Positions 36,017 through 38,018 of a stretch of DNA of 38,018 nt are shown piece after piece. The stretch spans positions 1-38,018 of IMG/VR virus record IMGVR_UViG_3300029226_000089. One strand, 5' to 3'. This DNA comes from a virus (lineage: Duplodnaviria > Caudoviricetes). How positions within the stretch are numbered: position 1 is the stretch's first letter; each line of letters begins with the position of its first letter. The notes under the pieces were generated by a model. The model was not told the DNA's origin. It did no database searches and saw only the letters and a program-made list of their open reading frames with translations. Position numbers and translations under genes: made by a program.

Positions 36017-36529
36017 ATGGAAAATGTGAATAGCGATTTAAGCTCAATTGGTGAGTATTTTGACCGGGTGAATGGTGGCGAATGGCAACGCATTCCAAAC
36101 CTTAACCCAACTGAGGGCATTGCACATATTCTAAATGTAGCAATGGGAGCAAAAGTTAAACCAGCAGGTTATTACATAGCATTATTTTCAGGTAATGCTG
36201 CACCTGCAGCGAATTGGACAGCAGCCAATTTTGCTTCTGTAGCATCTGAAATTGTCAGTATGACGGAAGGTTATACAAGTGCTACACGTCCAGAATGGAA
36301 GCCAAAAGATACTTTAACAAATGCGATTGATAATTTTGAGACAGTTGCTTCTGTGACTATTACGACATCATCACAACTCAATGTTACTGGTGCTGCGATC
36401 CTAACCAATAATGTTAAAGGTGGGACTACTGGGGCCTTAATTTCAGCATCGAAATACCCAGTCACACGTACATTCCAAAACGGTGATGTTTACGAAATTG
36501 GTTATCGAATTACTATACAGAGTTCATAA
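36017..36529 (+). CDS. Virion/tail protein
   Basis: YIALF, E....GYT..TRP.W, V.GA....GG..G.L pattern; coupled to the next gene. Confidence 0.6.
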   Translation: MENVNSDLSSIGEYFDRVNGGEWQRIPNLNPTEGIAHILNVAMGAKVKPAGYYIALFSGNAAPAANWTAANFASVASEIVSMTEGYTSATRPEWKPKDTLTNAIDNFETVASVTITTSSQLNVTGAAILTNNVKGGTTGALISASKYPVTRTFQNGDVYEIGYRITIQSS

Positions 36530-37870
36530 TGTTAGAGCCACGTCCTTATGGGTTGGCTGTGTATGGAGGCGATCTAACAAATGAAGATCGCCTTTTTATT
36601 GATGCCTACACCAAGAAAGTCACCAATATTAAAGAAGTTTCAAATCTTGAATCGATTCGTTATACACGCACATTACCCGATGGTGGATATGTTGTCATAC
36701 AGGATATGGGTGGCGTATTTCGTGCGATTGCATTTAAAGACAAGTTAGAAAACTTACCAAAATTCGATGGGCTGGCGACATCTAAAATTCCCATGCTTTT
36801 CTCAGGGGCAATTACCAAATCCATACTTCGCAATGGTGAGGGACTTGAAATGATTTTAACTGATATGACATGTCGTCGTATTGGTAACTATAGTGATATG
36901 ACAATTGGTAAGAATCAAATACTTCAAAGGTTAAGGTGTAAGTACACCGAATTATTTAAAGTGATGTTTGTACCCGAATTTGCTCAGTCATTTCCAGAAG
37001 AACAATTGCTTTATACGCAATATCACGCTTTAAGACCAACTTGGTATAGCGGTGCAATGAGTGAAGTTGTTCAAATTGTTGGTGGCTTTGGTCGGCAAAA
37101 ATTAAAAGAATTACCGGATGAACCTGTTGAACAAGCTGAATTAAAAATTCCTGAAAAATATAGAATTAAAATAGAGAAAGAATTAAAAGGTGTTCGATTA
37201 CCAGGTTATTCAGGAATGCCTGATGAAGATGGACGGATACTCTATGATCCACGATTTCATAACACCAACTTAATTAGTTTCGATCAAGAAGGATACCCTT
37301 GGCTGATTCAAATCAGCCCTAGTGGTGTATGGGCAATGCCTTTACCGATCATTCCAGCAACGCGAACTGAGGCTTTCCGAGAATTTATTGATGAAGTTGA
37401 TGATTCTGAAATTATTAAAATTTTAGATCGCTTTAAAGGAATACCAAGCGGTGAAACTTTCCCTCAAGGTGACGATTTTTACCGATGGGAACGTGCTGGA
37501 GTAATCACAAAAATCGGGGATGCTTCTGCATTTTACCGACATTCAGCATATTCCACAATTTGTGGTTGGTCTTGTAATACTGATGGAAGTGAAGCAATCA
37601 ATACATGCTATGACTATGCAGATAGCGGATATTGTGAAGGGTATACATTCCAACTGAGTTTAAATATGGGGGTTGTAAAACAACAAGGTTGGCTTTCAGA
37701 AAAAAATACTAGTCAATTGGAAGATTTTCAAAATAATCAAGTATCAAATTATCTATCAAAACTATTTGATTTAATGAGAGATGAACCAACAGAGCCGAAG
37801 TTTATTGCGATCAAATATAAATTAAGACGAATAGATATTTCACAAATCCTAGATCGAGTTCACATCATCC
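36529..37870 (+). pseudogene. Large virion protein, interrupted by IS3
   Basis: ORF runs into the IS end; the final LMCA* (to 37884) is IS-derived. Confidence 0.75.
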
Positions 37871-38018
37871 TGATGTGTGCTTAAAAAACAGGAGGGTTTA
37901 ACTTGGTAAACTATACATACTCATTAGGAGTTTACCATGAGCAAGAAACAGAAGACTTACACCGCAGAATTTAAAGCTGAAGCCATAAAAGCCATTGAAG
38001 AGAACCAAGGTAATGTAT
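37871..38018 (+). mobile_element. Left end of a second IS3-family element
   Basis: Begins 5'-TGATGTGTGCTTAAAAAACAGGAG; AGGAG RBS then OrfA. Confidence 0.85.
37937..38018 (+). CDS. IS3-family transposase OrfA, N-terminal fragment
   Basis: MSKKQKTYTAEFKAEAIKAIEENQGNV has the Y..EFK..A signature of IS3 OrfA. Confidence 0.88.
   Translation, partial: MSKKQKTYTAEFKAEAIKAIEENQGNV

Larger units (their letters stand above)
3700..37870. mobile_element. Temperate prophage (lambdoid control region, podovirus-like N4-gp56 capsid module), right part missing
   Basis: Ordered int-xis-recombination-cI/cro-replication-terminase-portal-scaffold-capsid-tail genes. Left boundary approximate because attR is not in the window. 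Confidence 0.95.

Noticed and set aside
29949-37870. Absence of lysis genes as a novelty
   Set aside because: The prophage is truncated by the window; lysis genes probably lie beyond the IS.
1-38018. Composite transposon formed by the two terminal IS3 elements
   Set aside because: Terminal sequences differ (TGAGAGGTGGTCCCAC versus TGATGTGTGCTTAAAA), so they are different elements; more likely contig breaks at repeats.
1-38018. CRISPR array, tRNA/tmRNA, reverse transcriptase/DGR, retron
   Set aside because: No regularly spaced repeat-spacer units, cloverleaf or RT motifs were seen by eye.

Overview
AT-rich window, probably from Acinetobacter (judged from gene content and codon style), bounded at both ends by two different IS3-family elements. 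1-3630 looks like host or accessory DNA: an IS-truncated benE, a hemerythrin/HHE gene, an orphan immunity-like gene between degenerate repeats, a DUF2171 gene and a glycine-zipper gene. From about 3.7 kb to 37.87 kb is the left part of a temperate prophage. It has a lambdoid early region (integrase/excisionase, RecT/YqaJ, YfdP/YfdQ-like pair, cI/cro with 3+3 palindromic operators, iteron-containing initiator) joined to a podovirus-like structural module (TerS, TerL, P22-type portal, scaffold, N4-gp56-type capsid, tail genes). The last virion gene is cut by an IS. Accessory genes occupy three sites: behind cI (GIY-YIG/T5orf172 + 2 TM), before terS (SH3 exported protein and an HFHL-motif protein), and between portal and scaffold (antirepressor/Arc module flanked by two DUF5677-like proteins). 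Other notable signals are a shared CCCCT(C/G)TAAGG late-promoter-like motif, a structured scaffold leader and a CsrA-like small gene. All family calls are by visual motif recognition; no searches were run.
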